Source: an uncultured delta proteobacterium | GTDB taxonomy: Bacteria; Myxococcota_A; Polyangia; Polyangiales; Polyangiaceae | Reading direction: 5' to 3' | Length of the DNA stretch: 64,000 bases | Assembly (NCBI GenBank): GCA_963850305.1 | Contig: CAWKKR010000008.1 | Span: 1,248,001-1,312,000, forward strand | In this document: piece after piece, positions 48,651 to 59,528 of the stretch | Layout: each line of letters opens with the position of its first letter | Position numbering within the stretch: position 1 is the first letter of the stretch | The notes under the pieces: model-generated | Told to the model about the DNA's origin: nothing | The model's input: the letters and a program-made list of their open reading frames with translations, nothing else | Database searches by the model: none | Made by a program: the position numbers and the translations under genes

Positions 48651-51600
48651 GTGAAGACCATATTTTTAGCCGCCCTCGCGGTGGCGAGCGCTTTCACGGC
48701 GGACGCTCACGGGGAGTCTGCGCCGTTTCACCCGGATTTGCTCGCGGCGACGGGAAAGCTCGACCGCGCCCGCGGTCCGGAGCTATACGCGGCACTCCGC
48801 GCGGTGTGGGACACCTGGGACCGGGCGGACCCTGGCCAGGTGGAAGCGGTGCTTGCCAGCGCCGAAGACGACGCGCGGCTGGACCCTCCGGCGCGTGCTT
48901 ACGCGGGCATGCTCGGCGCCTACGCGCGGCTCCGCCGAGGGGATACCGCCGCGGCGGGTGCGAAGATCAAGGCGCTGGGGTTCGTCGACCACTTTACTGC
49001 CATCGGGCCCTTCGACGACGAAGGGAAGGCGGGGTTCGACGCGGTCTACGGGCCCGAGAGCGATTTTGGCTCGCCGATCGTGCCGGGACGGGCCGAGTCC
49101 GGGAAGGAGCGACCGGTGCGGTGGCGCACCGTCCCGGACGCGTTTCCGTACGGCTACGTCGACTTCGAGAGCCTCGTTCGCCCCGACAAGAAGATCTGCG
49201 TGTACGCGACCACCTTCGTCTCGGGGAAGACCGGACCCACCGGGCGCGACATCGGGATCTGGGTCGGCGCGGCAGGCGCGGTCAAGGCGTTCTGGAACGG
49301 CGCGATGGTGCTCTCGGACTCGGCCGAACGCCGCTTCGACGTGGATCGCCTGGCCGGGGTCGTGCACCTCCTCCCCGGCGAGAACAATCTCACCATCAAG
49401 GCGTGCAACACCGAATCCGCGCCGATCGTCGCCGTCCGGTTGTCGGACGCACGCGGCAAACCGGACCCGACGCTCCAGACGACCAACACGATCGAGGCCA
49501 GCGCGAAGGCCGCGGCAGTCGTGCAGAGCCAGAAAAAGGGCGCGCCAGCCCGCGCAGAGCCTGGAAGGGCCGATTCAGATCTTCGAACGGCTCGTCGCCG
49601 GCAAGCGGCCGCGAACGACCGACGAAGAAGCGTACGCGAGATATCTCGTCGCGACCGGTGGTGACAATCCCGCGGTTCATCGCGCGCGCGACCTGGCTTC
49701 GGATGCGGCGGATACGGAGCCCACCATCGATCGACTGCTCTTTGCCGCCGACCTGGCCGAGGATCGCAATCAGCGGGCAGCGTGGATCGATCGCGCGGAC
49801 AAGCTGGTTCCCGCCGGAACACGCGACGTCCGTGTGCTCCTGGCAAAGGCGGCGCTCGCGCGGGAGAGCCTGAACGCGAGAGCGGCATTTCCGCTCTACG
49901 CCGACGTGCTCCGGACCGATCCGGACGACGTGGACGCGCTCCGCGGCGAGGTCGAGCTCTACGATGAGGTCGGGTTGCGCCGCACCGCGCTCGCGACGCT
50001 CGCTGCTGCCGTCGACCGGAACCCGAGCTCGGTGCTGCTCCTCAATATGTACGCGTCGCAGCTGCGCGCGCTCGGACACGACACCGACGCTGCCGCCGTC
50101 GAGTCACGGTACGCGGCGTACCGTTTCGACGACCGGACGCTGCTCGGTCGGCTCATCGATCTGGGCCTGGCGCGCCGTGACCGGGAGGCGACGGAGCGCT
50201 GGGTCGATCGGCTGCTTGCCGTCGAACCCGACAATCAGTGGGCCCTGGGCACCGCGGCGCATGCCTATCGAGCTCTGGGCGAGCCCGAGCGCGCCGTGGC
50301 GACGTACGAACGCGCCCTCGCTCTGTCGCCGGAGGACGTCGGCACGCTCCGCTCGCTGGCGGATCTCGACGGTGAGCTCGGCCGGCGCGACAATCAGCTC
50401 GCGCTCCTGTCCCGTGTTCTCCAGGTCACGCCGCAGGACAAGGACGTCCGTGAATACGTCGAGCACCTCGAGCCGACCGGTTCGCGAATGGATGAGTCCT
50501 TCGCGTGGGGAAAGGACCGATTCCTCGAGGAGCGCCACGCCCCGGCCGCGGGACAGAACCAGCGTACGCTACTCGATCTGACCGTCACGACCGTGTTCGA
50601 GAACGGGCTCTCCAGCAAGTTCCGGCAGGTCGTCTTCCAGCCGCTCACCGAGAGCGCGGCGGCGCTCGCCCGCCAGTATGCGTTCGAGTACCAGGCGGAT
50701 TCCGAGCGCGTTCAGCTCCGAGGAGCCCGCGTCTTTCGGGGTGACGGCACGGTCGACGAGGCCATCGAGAGCGGCGAAGGCGCCGCCGACAATCCTACGA
50801 TCGCGATGTACACATCGGCGCGCACGTTTTACGTGCAGTTCCCTCGCCTCGAACCCGGAGACGTCGTCGAGCTCAGGTACCGCGTCGACTCGGTGAGCCT
50901 GCAAAACCAGTTTGCGGACTACTTCGGCGAGGTCGCGTATCTCCAATCGTCGGAGCCCATCGGCCACGCGGAGTACGACCTCGTCACACCGAAGAGCCGT
51001 ACGTTTTATTACGACAGCGCTCACGTTCCGGGCTTGAAGCAAACGACGGAAGACAGGGGCGCGCTCCGCGTCTATCGCTTCTCCGCGGACGCCGTGCCGG
51101 CGATCACGCCGGAGCCGGCGATGCCACCGTGGCCGAGTCTCCTCGGCTTCGTCCACGTGTCGACCTACAAGACGTGGAAGCAGCTCGGTCACTGGTACTG
51201 GGGCCTCATTCACGACCAGTTCGACGTGGACGACGAGACGCGGAAACTCGCGTTCAAGATTGCGGCCGGCAAGGAGACCCCCATCGAGAAGGTCAAGGCC
51301 GTTTATGATTGGGTGGTAGGGAACACGCGCTACGTCGCGCTCGAATTCGGCATCTACGGGTACAAGCCGCACCGCTGTGTGCGGACGGTGGCGCGCGGGT
51401 GGGGGGATTGCAAGGACAAGGCAACCGTCATCGTGACGCTGCTGAAGGTGCTCGGGATCGACTCGACCCTCGTCGTCGTTCGTTCCGGCATGCGAGGAGG
51501 CTTTGATTCGACCGTGCCGAGCTTCGCGCCGTTCGATCACGCCATCGCGTACGTGCCGTCGCTCGATCTCTACCTGGACGGGACGGCCGAATACTCGGGC

Positions 51601-52339
51601 GCGTACGAGCTGCCGGCCATGGACGCCGGCGCAATCGCGCTCCGGTTGAACGAGGGCGACGCGGAGCTCGTGCACCTGCCGATCCCGGATCCCGAACACG
51701 ATCTGCGAAGGCGGGAGGTCGTCGCCACGCTGCACCGCGACGGCAGCGCGCAGCTCGATCTCACCTACGAGACCGTCGGGACCTCGGCGGCCTCCTGGCG
51801 GCGTCGATTTCACGCCGAGAGCGCGCGGAGGGGATCGGCTCACCGAAGAGCTCGGGGGGGAGTTCAACGCGTTCTCGCTGGCCCCCGGACCTTCGGCAGT
51901 GACGGTCTCCGATCTCGACGACGTGGAGCAGCCCGTCGTCGTGAAGGCTCACGGCGTCGCAGCGCATCTCGCGCGCGAGGAGGGCGCCAACGAGAGCGTG
52001 CCCGTCACGCCCGGCTTTCGTCTCACACCCACGTACGCGTCGCTGTCGGAGCGCCGGCTACCCGTCAAGCTCCCGCCCCTCGGCACGCTCGACGACACGT
52101 TCGTGGTGAAGCTCCCGCAGGGCTTCCACGTCGTGTCCACGCCGCCGAATGCGGCGGCAAGTGGACCCTTCGGCGACTACTCCGTCACCGTCGAAGCTCA
52201 GGCGAACAAGGTCGTCGTGCACACGCGGGTGACCGTTCGAACCCTCATGGTCTTGCCGGATCGATATTCCGCGTGGAAGCAGTTCTGTGCTGACGTCGAC
52301 GCCGCGCTCACCCCTCGGCTCGTGATTGGATCCCCGTGA
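48651..52339 (+). CDS. Exported TPR + DUF3857 + transglutaminase-like protein (frameshifts near 49550 and 51830)
   Basis: Signal peptide; TPRs; FPRLEPGDVVE; triad GDCKDKA / FDHAI / YLDGT. Confidence 0.82.
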
Positions 52340-55300
52340 ACCTGCGCCGCGCTTCACTGCTGGCCCTGCTCGCCGCCTCGCTCGCCGCGGTCGCGTGCGG
52401 CGCGCACCGTTCGCCCGCGGTATCCCCCGGTCTCGACGAGCTACGTCGCGTCGGAGCGACGACGAAGGATCCGGAGGTCGCCGCTCTCCTGCTCGTCAGA
52501 GAGCTCGTTTCACCAGGGGGCGACGCGACGCGGGCTGCAGGCGCGCGCGTCGAGCTGGATTCGCTGGGGCAGGGCGGAATGATCTCCGCGCTCGCGCGAG
52601 GACTCGACGACTCGCTGCACGGACGCCTCGGGTCTTCGGGAGAACACTATCTCGAAGCGGTTCGGGCCGCGCGCGACTCGAAGGATGCACGCGCGCCGCT
52701 GATCGCGTGGTTCGCCGCGAATCGCGCCGCATCGATCAGCTCGGACGCCCCCGACTTGTGGAACCATTTTCGATCGCTCGTCCTCGACCTGATCGCGTCG
52801 CCGCGCAACATCGGTTGGCGCGCGCGGAGCGAGCTCGTCGAGTGGTCGATCGACGAGAGCTGGGCGGAAGGGGCGCGCGACCTCGATCAGCGCGCGATCG
52901 CCCTCTACGGCTGCTTGACCTCGGCGCGCCTCGCGGGACCGTTCGGCCACGGCGCTCCGACGGACGCCGTCCGGCATTTCGCGCCCGAAGATCCCCTGCC
53001 GTGGCCTTATCGCTGGGATCCGGATCCGGGAGTCGCGAAGGCGCCGCGCCTCCTTTCGACCTCGTCGCATTCGTGCGCAATCCAGCCTGACGAAAAACCG
53101 GGGGATGGAATCTATTACGCCGAGGCCTTCTTCGATTTGCCCGCGGCGCGGGACGTCCTGATTGCCGTCCAGGGCGCGCTCCTGGTTCGAGTCGACGACG
53201 CCGTCGTTCTGGATCGCGATGTCCGCACCTGGGGCGTGTGGCCCAGATTCGGCGTCCATTTGAAGCTCGGCGCGGGGCGCCATCGCATCGTCGCGAGGCT
53301 CGGGGAACCCGCCACATCCATCCGCGTGCTCGCGCCGGACGGAACGCCCATCGGCGTCGTTGCCAGCAAGGACACGAGCGCGCCCTACGACCAGGTTCCC
53401 CCGGTCGTCGTGGACGGGGCGAACGTCCTCGATCGGTGGGTGCACCCCGGTGGCGTGTCGGACCCCGGCGACGATCTCACGCGCGTCCTCGCGGCATTCG
53501 TCGCGCACGTGGACAGCAGCGACGACGTCGCTTCGGTGATGATGGCGCCCCTGATCGACAAGATCGACCTCGCGACGGGTCCGAGCCTCTCGCTGGCGGC
53601 GACGTTCGTCGACAATGATCCCATCTTCGACTCCTCCCAGTCGGACGATCTCGTGCGGGAGCTTCACGAGCGGGCGGAGAAGAAAGACCCGAAGCTCTGG
53701 GCGTCGCGGCTATCGCTGGCGCTCGGTGTCGCCGAGAAGAAGGGCGCGGAAGAGGCCGTCCCGGAGCTCGAACGGCTCGCGGCGGAGTTCACCGGTGTGC
53801 CCGACGTGATCCTGTCGCTCGCTCGCATCTACGGCGAGCTCGGCTGGACCCCGGAGCACTCGCGCACCGTGAAGCAGCTCCTCGCGCGGTTCCCGAACGA
53901 CCTCGGAGCGCTGCACGCCGCCGTCGACGTGTACGATGCCGAGGGCGACGCGAAGACCGTCGACGAGCTCGTCGGTCGGATCCAGCGGCTCGATCGCGAC
54001 GACGAGATCGTCCTGACCCGGGCGCTCGCGCGCGAGGATTACGGCACCGCCATCGCGGAGCTCGAGCGCCTGTCGAAGCTACATCCCGATCGCAAGGATC
54101 TCGCCGAACGCCTTTACGACGCGAAGGTCCGCGCGGGCGACGACCGCGGTGCGCTCGCCAAGCTGGAAGCGGCGGTCAAGAAGGACCCCACGGATCCGCA
54201 CGCGCGCCTCGACCTCTCAGACGCGCGCTACGCGAGCGGCGACGACGCGGCCTTGCGTCATGGTCTTGCCGACGGCGTTCAAGCGGGCGCAAACACGTCG
54301 TTGCTCACGAGTGCCATCGATCTCGTGGAGGGCGTCACCGAGCTCGAACCCTACCGGCTCGACGCTCGCAAGATCATCGCCGCGTACGAGAAGAGCGGAC
54401 GGCACATGGAGGGTACCGCCGCGCGTATTCTGGATTATTCCGCCCTCTGGGTGCACGCGGACGGATCGAGCCGCATGCTCGAGCACGAGATCGTCCGTCT
54501 CCAGAGCGAGGAGGCCATCTCGTCGTTTGCGGAACATCCGACGCTCGAAGGGCTCGTCCTTCACATGCGCGTGATCAAGAAGGACGGCTCGACACTCGAA
54601 CCCGAGTTCGTCGCCGGCAAGCCGACGGTCACGTTTCCGCATCTCGAAGTCGGCGATTACATCGAGACGGAACAGGTGATTTACACGCCGAACGACGGTC
54701 ACCCGCTGGAGTACCTGGGGCCGCGGTGGTTCTTTCGCGAAGAGAACGTCGGGTACGCCCGGAGCGAGTTCGTCGTCATCTCGCCGTCGATCCGGAATCT
54801 CGTCGTCGAGACGACGGGGGACGTTCCCGCTCCGCAGATCGAGACCCACGACGGCTTCGTCACGCGGCGCTGGCGCGTCGATTACAGTCCGGCCGCGCCG
54901 ACCGAACCGGGCAGCGCGCCCATCACGGAATTCTTGCCGAGCGTGCAGATCGGCTGGGGCGTGACGCTCGAGGAGCGACTTCGTGCAATCGGCGACGCGC
55001 TCGCGCAGATCACGCCCGTCGATCCGCGGATCCGGAAGGTCGCCGAACACATCGTCGACGCCGCTACCGCAGGCGGACGAGATCGGACGCGCGCGGAAGC
55101 TCTACCGCTGGCTTCTCGACAACGTCGAGAACGGCGACGAGACCGACCCTCGCCGCATCATCATCGGCAAGCGCGGCAATCTCTGGCACGGCTTCCGGAT
55201 GCTCTGCCGCGCCCTCGGCATCGAGGTCCGCTACGCGGTCGCGGAGAATCGCCTCGCCCCACCGCCGCACGGTCCGTTTTCGGAGGCCACGCTCTTCACG

Positions 55301-56092
55301 CAGCCCGTCGCCGAAATCCAAGGTCAGACCGGGCGCGCATGGCTCACCCTCGGGAGCAAGTACGCGCCGTTCGGGTATCTCTCCGCCGACGTGCGCGGCA
55401 TGCCCGCGTATTTCGTCGATGGCGCGCGCGAGCGCACCACGGTTCCCGAGCAAGGCGCGGCCGACGGCATCGCTTTCTCGGGCCACGGCCGTCTGGATGC
55501 GAGCGGTTCGCTCGAGCTCGAGCTCGTCGAGCAGTTCTCCGGCAAGCTTGCGATGGCTCTCCGGCGGGGTCTATCCCAGGTTCCCGAGCAGCAGCTCCAC
55601 GAGATCCTCGAGTCCAACTTGCTCGCCCAGACCCTCCACGGGGGCTCGCTCGAGAATCACACGATCGAACATCGCGACGACTACGATGTGCCGCTCGTCA
55701 TTCGCATGACGGTGCACGTCGCTCGCTTCGCCCAGCGAAGCGGCAAGGATCTCATCATCACGCCGCCACTCTCCCCGGATTTCGGTCGCCTGGCGACGCT
55801 GCCGTCGAGGCAAACGCCGCTCCTGATTCCGGAGACGCTGCACCGCGATGTCGACGTGACGATCGATCTGCCGTCCAAGGCGACCGCGTCCGGCCTGTTG
55901 CCGGCAACAATCACCGACGGCAAAGCGCGAGTGGCGGTGACCGACTCGACCTCCGGCAACGTGCTCCGCTTGACGCGCTCTATCGACATCCCGGCGGGGC
56001 GCATTCAGCCCGCCGAATACGAGGCATTCGCTCGCTTCGCTCACGCCTCCGACGACGCGGTCTCCCGCGAGATCCGCGTCACCCTGCCGTGA
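52336..56092 (+). CDS. Lipoprotein paralog, TPR + DUF3857 with a degenerate transglutaminase core (frameshift near 55065)
   Basis: Lipobox AVAC; FPHLEVGDYIE; GKRGNLW in place of GDC; GTGA overlap with the upstream gene. Confidence 0.78.
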
Positions 56093-56129
56093 GAGTCGGT
56101 CGCAGCCTCCCCGAGGCCACGACTCCGCG

Positions 56130-56771
56130 TCACCGATTGCGAGGCGACTGCGCGCTCTCGGCGGCCTTCTTCTCGGCTTCCTCGAGGCGCTGTTTGATCC
56201 GATCCTTGACGGCCCCGTAGTCGATCACGAGCTGCTTCCACGTGGCGATTCGCTTCAGGCGCTCCGTCGCGGTGTCGGGGTACGTCTTCACGGTAGGCGA
56301 CGCCTTGGAGTGTTCCGCGTACGCGTTCCAGCCGTTCGTCGCGTCATCGAGCGAGCGCTCGCGTTCCTTCACGTCGGCGATCACGAACAGGATCTTCGCC
56401 TTGAGCGCGGCATTGTCACCGACGAAGCGGAGTGCCGTCTGCCACACGGCGTCGGCTTCTGGCAGATTGCCCTTCGCGAGCGTGGCCTCGCCCATGCGGT
56501 AATGCCCCATCGCGTTCTGCGGCTCCGCGCGGATGGCGTCCTGATAAGCCGCTATTGCGCCGTCGAAGTCGCGGGCGGCATAAGCGTCGTCCCCCTTCTT
56601 GAGCGCCTCCCAGAACGGGCTGATGCCCTTGATGCCCTTCGGATCCCGACGTGGGCCAGCTTGCGCTGCGGTTCCGGTCGTCGCTGCCGTAGCATCGGCG
56701 GGCTTCTTCGCCGCAGCGGGCAGTGAAACGAAGAGGGCGGCGGCCACGACCGCGAACCGGCGATGTCGCAT
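56130..56771 (-). CDS. Exported TPR protein
   Basis: Signal peptide; GDDAYAARDFDGAIAAYQDAI..GHYRMGEA TPRs. Confidence 0.8.
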   Translation of the reverse strand: MRHRRFAVVAAALFVSLPAAAKKPADATAATTGTAAQAGPRRDPKGIKGISPFWEALKKGDDAYAARDFDGAIAAYQDAIRAEPQNAMGHYRMGEATLAKGNLPEADAVWQTALRFVGDNAALKAKILFVIADVKERERSLDDATNGWNAYAEHSKASPTVKTYPDTATERLKRIATWKQLVIDYGAVKDRIKQRLEEAEKKAAESAQSPRNR

Positions 56772-56866
56772 GCGACAGACGGTAACACAGGAGCGCGCGA
56801 CCCCGAAGCGGACGCTCTTTACCCCAGGAATCCGGATAAACCCGCGAGTTTCTTGATGTGCTGGAG

Positions 56867-57079
56867 CTAAAGCGGATGCTGTCGCTGTCGCTCGCCTTCG
56901 GGCCTGTCGTCGGACCGACCGCGGACGTGCGCCATCCCCAGAGCGTAGCTCCCGAATCCGAATCCCCCCGCAATCAGCAAGAACGCACCGAGTCCGTAGT
57001 GTTGCGACGCCATCGCAGCCGCGAACGCACTCCCCGTGAGCACGAGGAGCGCCAAAATCCGCATCCAATGACGGCCCAT
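56867..57079 (-). CDS. Possible small 2-TM membrane protein
   Basis: MGRHWMRILALLVL..GLGAFLLIAGGFGFG; fills the intergenic gap. Confidence 0.4.
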   Translation of the reverse strand: MGRHWMRILALLVLTGSAFAAAMASQHYGLGAFLLIAGGFGFGSYALGMAHVRGRSDDRPEGERQRQHPL

Positions 57080-57169
57080 GATGCACCCGATCCGTGCAAC
57101 CCACGTGCCGGTCGTGGCGTGTCGCGAAACCCGGCGGGTCGGGGGCCCGGACGGAGGTAGCATGCGTGC

Positions 57170-58276
57170 GTGTCCGTCGCGGCATACCCCTGGGGCGCCT
57201 TGTCGCGGACGTCGCGCGAGTCGGTTCGTGCGTCGCGCAGGGTTCGGGGGCGTTTGCACGCGACGGTGACGTTCGAACGGCTCGAGGGCGCGCTGCGCGA
57301 AGTACTCGGGCGCGACGTGTTGCTCGTTCCGCGACGCATCGAGGCGGTGAACGCTTCCCCCGCCGAGGACGCGCTTCACTTCGAGACGGCGGACGGTGCG
57401 CTCGCGCTCGCGCTCGAAATGGAAGCGGCGCTCGCGGCGGAAGTGACGGCTCCTTTCGTCAATCGGCAACCGACGTTGACGGATCCGCACGCGCGGCTCG
57501 AACCGGCGCTCCGCGGCGCTCTCTCCGCCGTGATCGTGGAGGCGGCGCGACGGTCCGGGGCCCGAGTTCCGCTGCGCGCGCGGAGCGACGCACCCTCCGC
57601 GATGACCGGAGTGCGCGCGGAAGCGACGCTGCTCCTCGGCGAGCGCCCGTATGGTGTCGTCGCGTACGCGTCGGCCCGCGGCGCTCCGACCCGCGGCGAG
57701 ACCTTCGAGCCGGACCTCTCCGCGCTCGGGGGGCTTCGTATCGCGGTGCCACTGGTGGTCGCGCTGTCTTCTGGCACCCGCGAGGAAGTGGAGTCGCTCC
57801 GGGTCGGGGACGTGTGGTTACCGGGGGAGGGTTTTTTCCACGCCGCACCGGCAAACCAGAACCCATTCGACTCATTTCCGACCGGCGCCGTTCTTGCGGC
57901 TCCGGACGGCGAGTACGGCGTCCGCGTCGACCGTTCCTCGGACGGAAAACTCGTGTTACGGGGCGACAGGGTGGCGCTCGGAGCGGACGTCGCCGTACCT
58001 CCGGCACCAGGAAATTCTCCCATGACCGATCCGGACAAGACCGTGCATGCGATCGCGCTCGACGCGCCCATCGTCGTGCGCGTCGAGGTCGCGAGCGTGA
58101 CGCTCAGCGCCCGAGAATGGGCCGCGCTGGCGCCCGGCGACGTGCTCGAGACCGGGACACCACTCACGTCACCGGTCGTGCTTCGCGTGGCGGGGCAAGA
58201 GGTCGCGAGAGGCGAGCTCGTCGATGTCGATGGCGAGCTGGGCGTGCGAATACGCGAAGTGCTCGACCGGGGTTAG
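57170..58276 (+). CDS. FliM/FliN / SctQ-like SpoA-domain C-ring protein
   Basis: SLRVGDVWL; VARGELVDVDGELGVRIREV. Confidence 0.8.
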   Translation: MSVAAYPWGALSRTSRESVRASRRVRGRLHATVTFERLEGALREVLGRDVLLVPRRIEAVNASPAEDALHFETADGALALALEMEAALAAEVTAPFVNRQPTLTDPHARLEPALRGALSAVIVEAARRSGARVPLRARSDAPSAMTGVRAEATLLLGERPYGVVAYASARGAPTRGETFEPDLSALGGLRIAVPLVVALSSGTREEVESLRVGDVWLPGEGFFHAAPANQNPFDSFPTGAVLAAPDGEYGVRVDRSSDGKLVLRGDRVALGADVAVPPAPGNSPMTDPDKTVHAIALDAPIVVRVEVASVTLSAREWAALAPGDVLETGTPLTSPVVLRVAGQEVARGELVDVDGELGVRIREVLDRG

Positions 58277-58305
58277 CTTCGTTCGGATGTTCCTCGGAGC
58301 GTAAT

Positions 58306-58842
58306 TTGTTCTGCCCCCGCCCAGCGCTCGTTTACCTCTTTGTTTTTTTTGCTGGTGCGGCGTGCGGCAAGTCGCACTCGCAGAGGAACGACGGCGCGGC
58401 GTCGGCGAGCGCCGTCGCGGCGACGCCCGCACCGAGTGCATCGGCAGCGCCGGTCCGGGACACATGGTACGCGGGCACGTGGAGCGGCACGTACGAGACG
58501 GCGTCTCATCGGATCGATTTACCCCCGGTACAGGGCGGACTCCCGGAGTGGAAGGTCGACGACAAGCGTGGCGTCGGCAAGGGCACGCTCTCGGTGACGG
58601 CGAGCGCGGACGGAACCGCAGCGGGGTCGACCGACGGCGTGCTCGGCAAGCACGACGTGCGCGGCGCGTTCGACGGCGAGGAGTTCACCGCGCGCTTCGT
58701 CCCGGACGACACGAAGGGCTTTGCGGCGACCCTCGTCGCGCACCGGGACGGGGCCCGCGTCGCCGGGATGCTCGAGGCGGGCAGCGCGGACGGTCACCTC
58801 GCGCGCAGCGGTACGTTCACGCTCGCCAAGGCCGCGCCATGA
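58306..58842 (+). CDS. Hypothetical lipoprotein
   Basis: Hydrophobic stretch plus GAAC lipobox and an Ala/Pro linker; start uncertain; ATGA overlap with yggS. Confidence 0.55.
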   Translation: MFCPRPALVYLFVFFAGAACGKSHSQRNDGAASASAVAATPAPSASAAPVRDTWYAGTWSGTYETASHRIDLPPVQGGLPEWKVDDKRGVGKGTLSVTASADGTAAGSTDGVLGKHDVRGAFDGEEFTARFVPDDTKGFAATLVAHRDGARVAGMLEAGSADGHLARSGTFTLAKAAP

Positions 58843-59528
58843 ACGATATCGCGGCGCGTCTTCGCGACGTCGAAGCACGCATTCGCGACGCTGCGGTTGC
58901 CTGCGGGCGCGATCCCGGTTCCGTCCGGCTCGTCGCGGTGTCGAAGACGAAGCCGGCGAGCGACATCCGAGCCGCGTACGCCGCGGGACAGCGCGACTTC
59001 GGCGAGAACTACGTGAAGGAGCTCGTCGCCAAGGCGGACGAGTTGCGGGATCTGCCCGACGTGCGCTTTCACTTCATCGGGCATCTGCAGCGGAACAAGG
59101 CGAAGCTCGTCGCGGAGCGCGCGAGCGTCGTTCACACGATCGACTCCGTGAAGCTCGCGCAGGAGCTCGGCAAGCGGGTGCTCGAGTGCCGCGGCGATGG
59201 CGCCGAGCTCTCGGTCCTCGTCGAGGTCAACGTCGGCGGCGAGGCGCAGAAGAGCGGCGCCGCCCCCGCCGAGCTTCCGGCCGTTCTCGACGCGATCGAG
59301 GCTCAGTCGAGCCTGCGCCTCGCCGGGTTGATGACCGTGCCGCCCTTCGCGGAGCAGGCGTCGGACTCGCGGCGTTTCTTCGACGCCCTCGCCGCGCTGC
59401 GCGACGCACACGGAGGCGCGTCGCGCCTTCCCGAGCTCAGCATGGGCATGAGCCACGACCTCGAGCACGCGATCGCCGCGGGCGCGACGCTCGTGCGCGT
59501 GGGGACCGCCATCTTCGGGGCGCGCTGA
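58839..59528 (+). CDS. yggS: YggS-family PLP homeostasis protein
   Basis: LVAVSKT, FGENY, HFIGHLQRNK, LSMGMS and RVGTAIFG. Confidence 0.95.
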   Translation: MNDIAARLRDVEARIRDAAVACGRDPGSVRLVAVSKTKPASDIRAAYAAGQRDFGENYVKELVAKADELRDLPDVRFHFIGHLQRNKAKLVAERASVVHTIDSVKLAQELGKRVLECRGDGAELSVLVEVNVGGEAQKSGAAPAELPAVLDAIEAQSSLRLAGLMTVPPFAEQASDSRRFFDALAALRDAHGGASRLPELSMGMSHDLEHAIAAGATLVRVGTAIFGAR

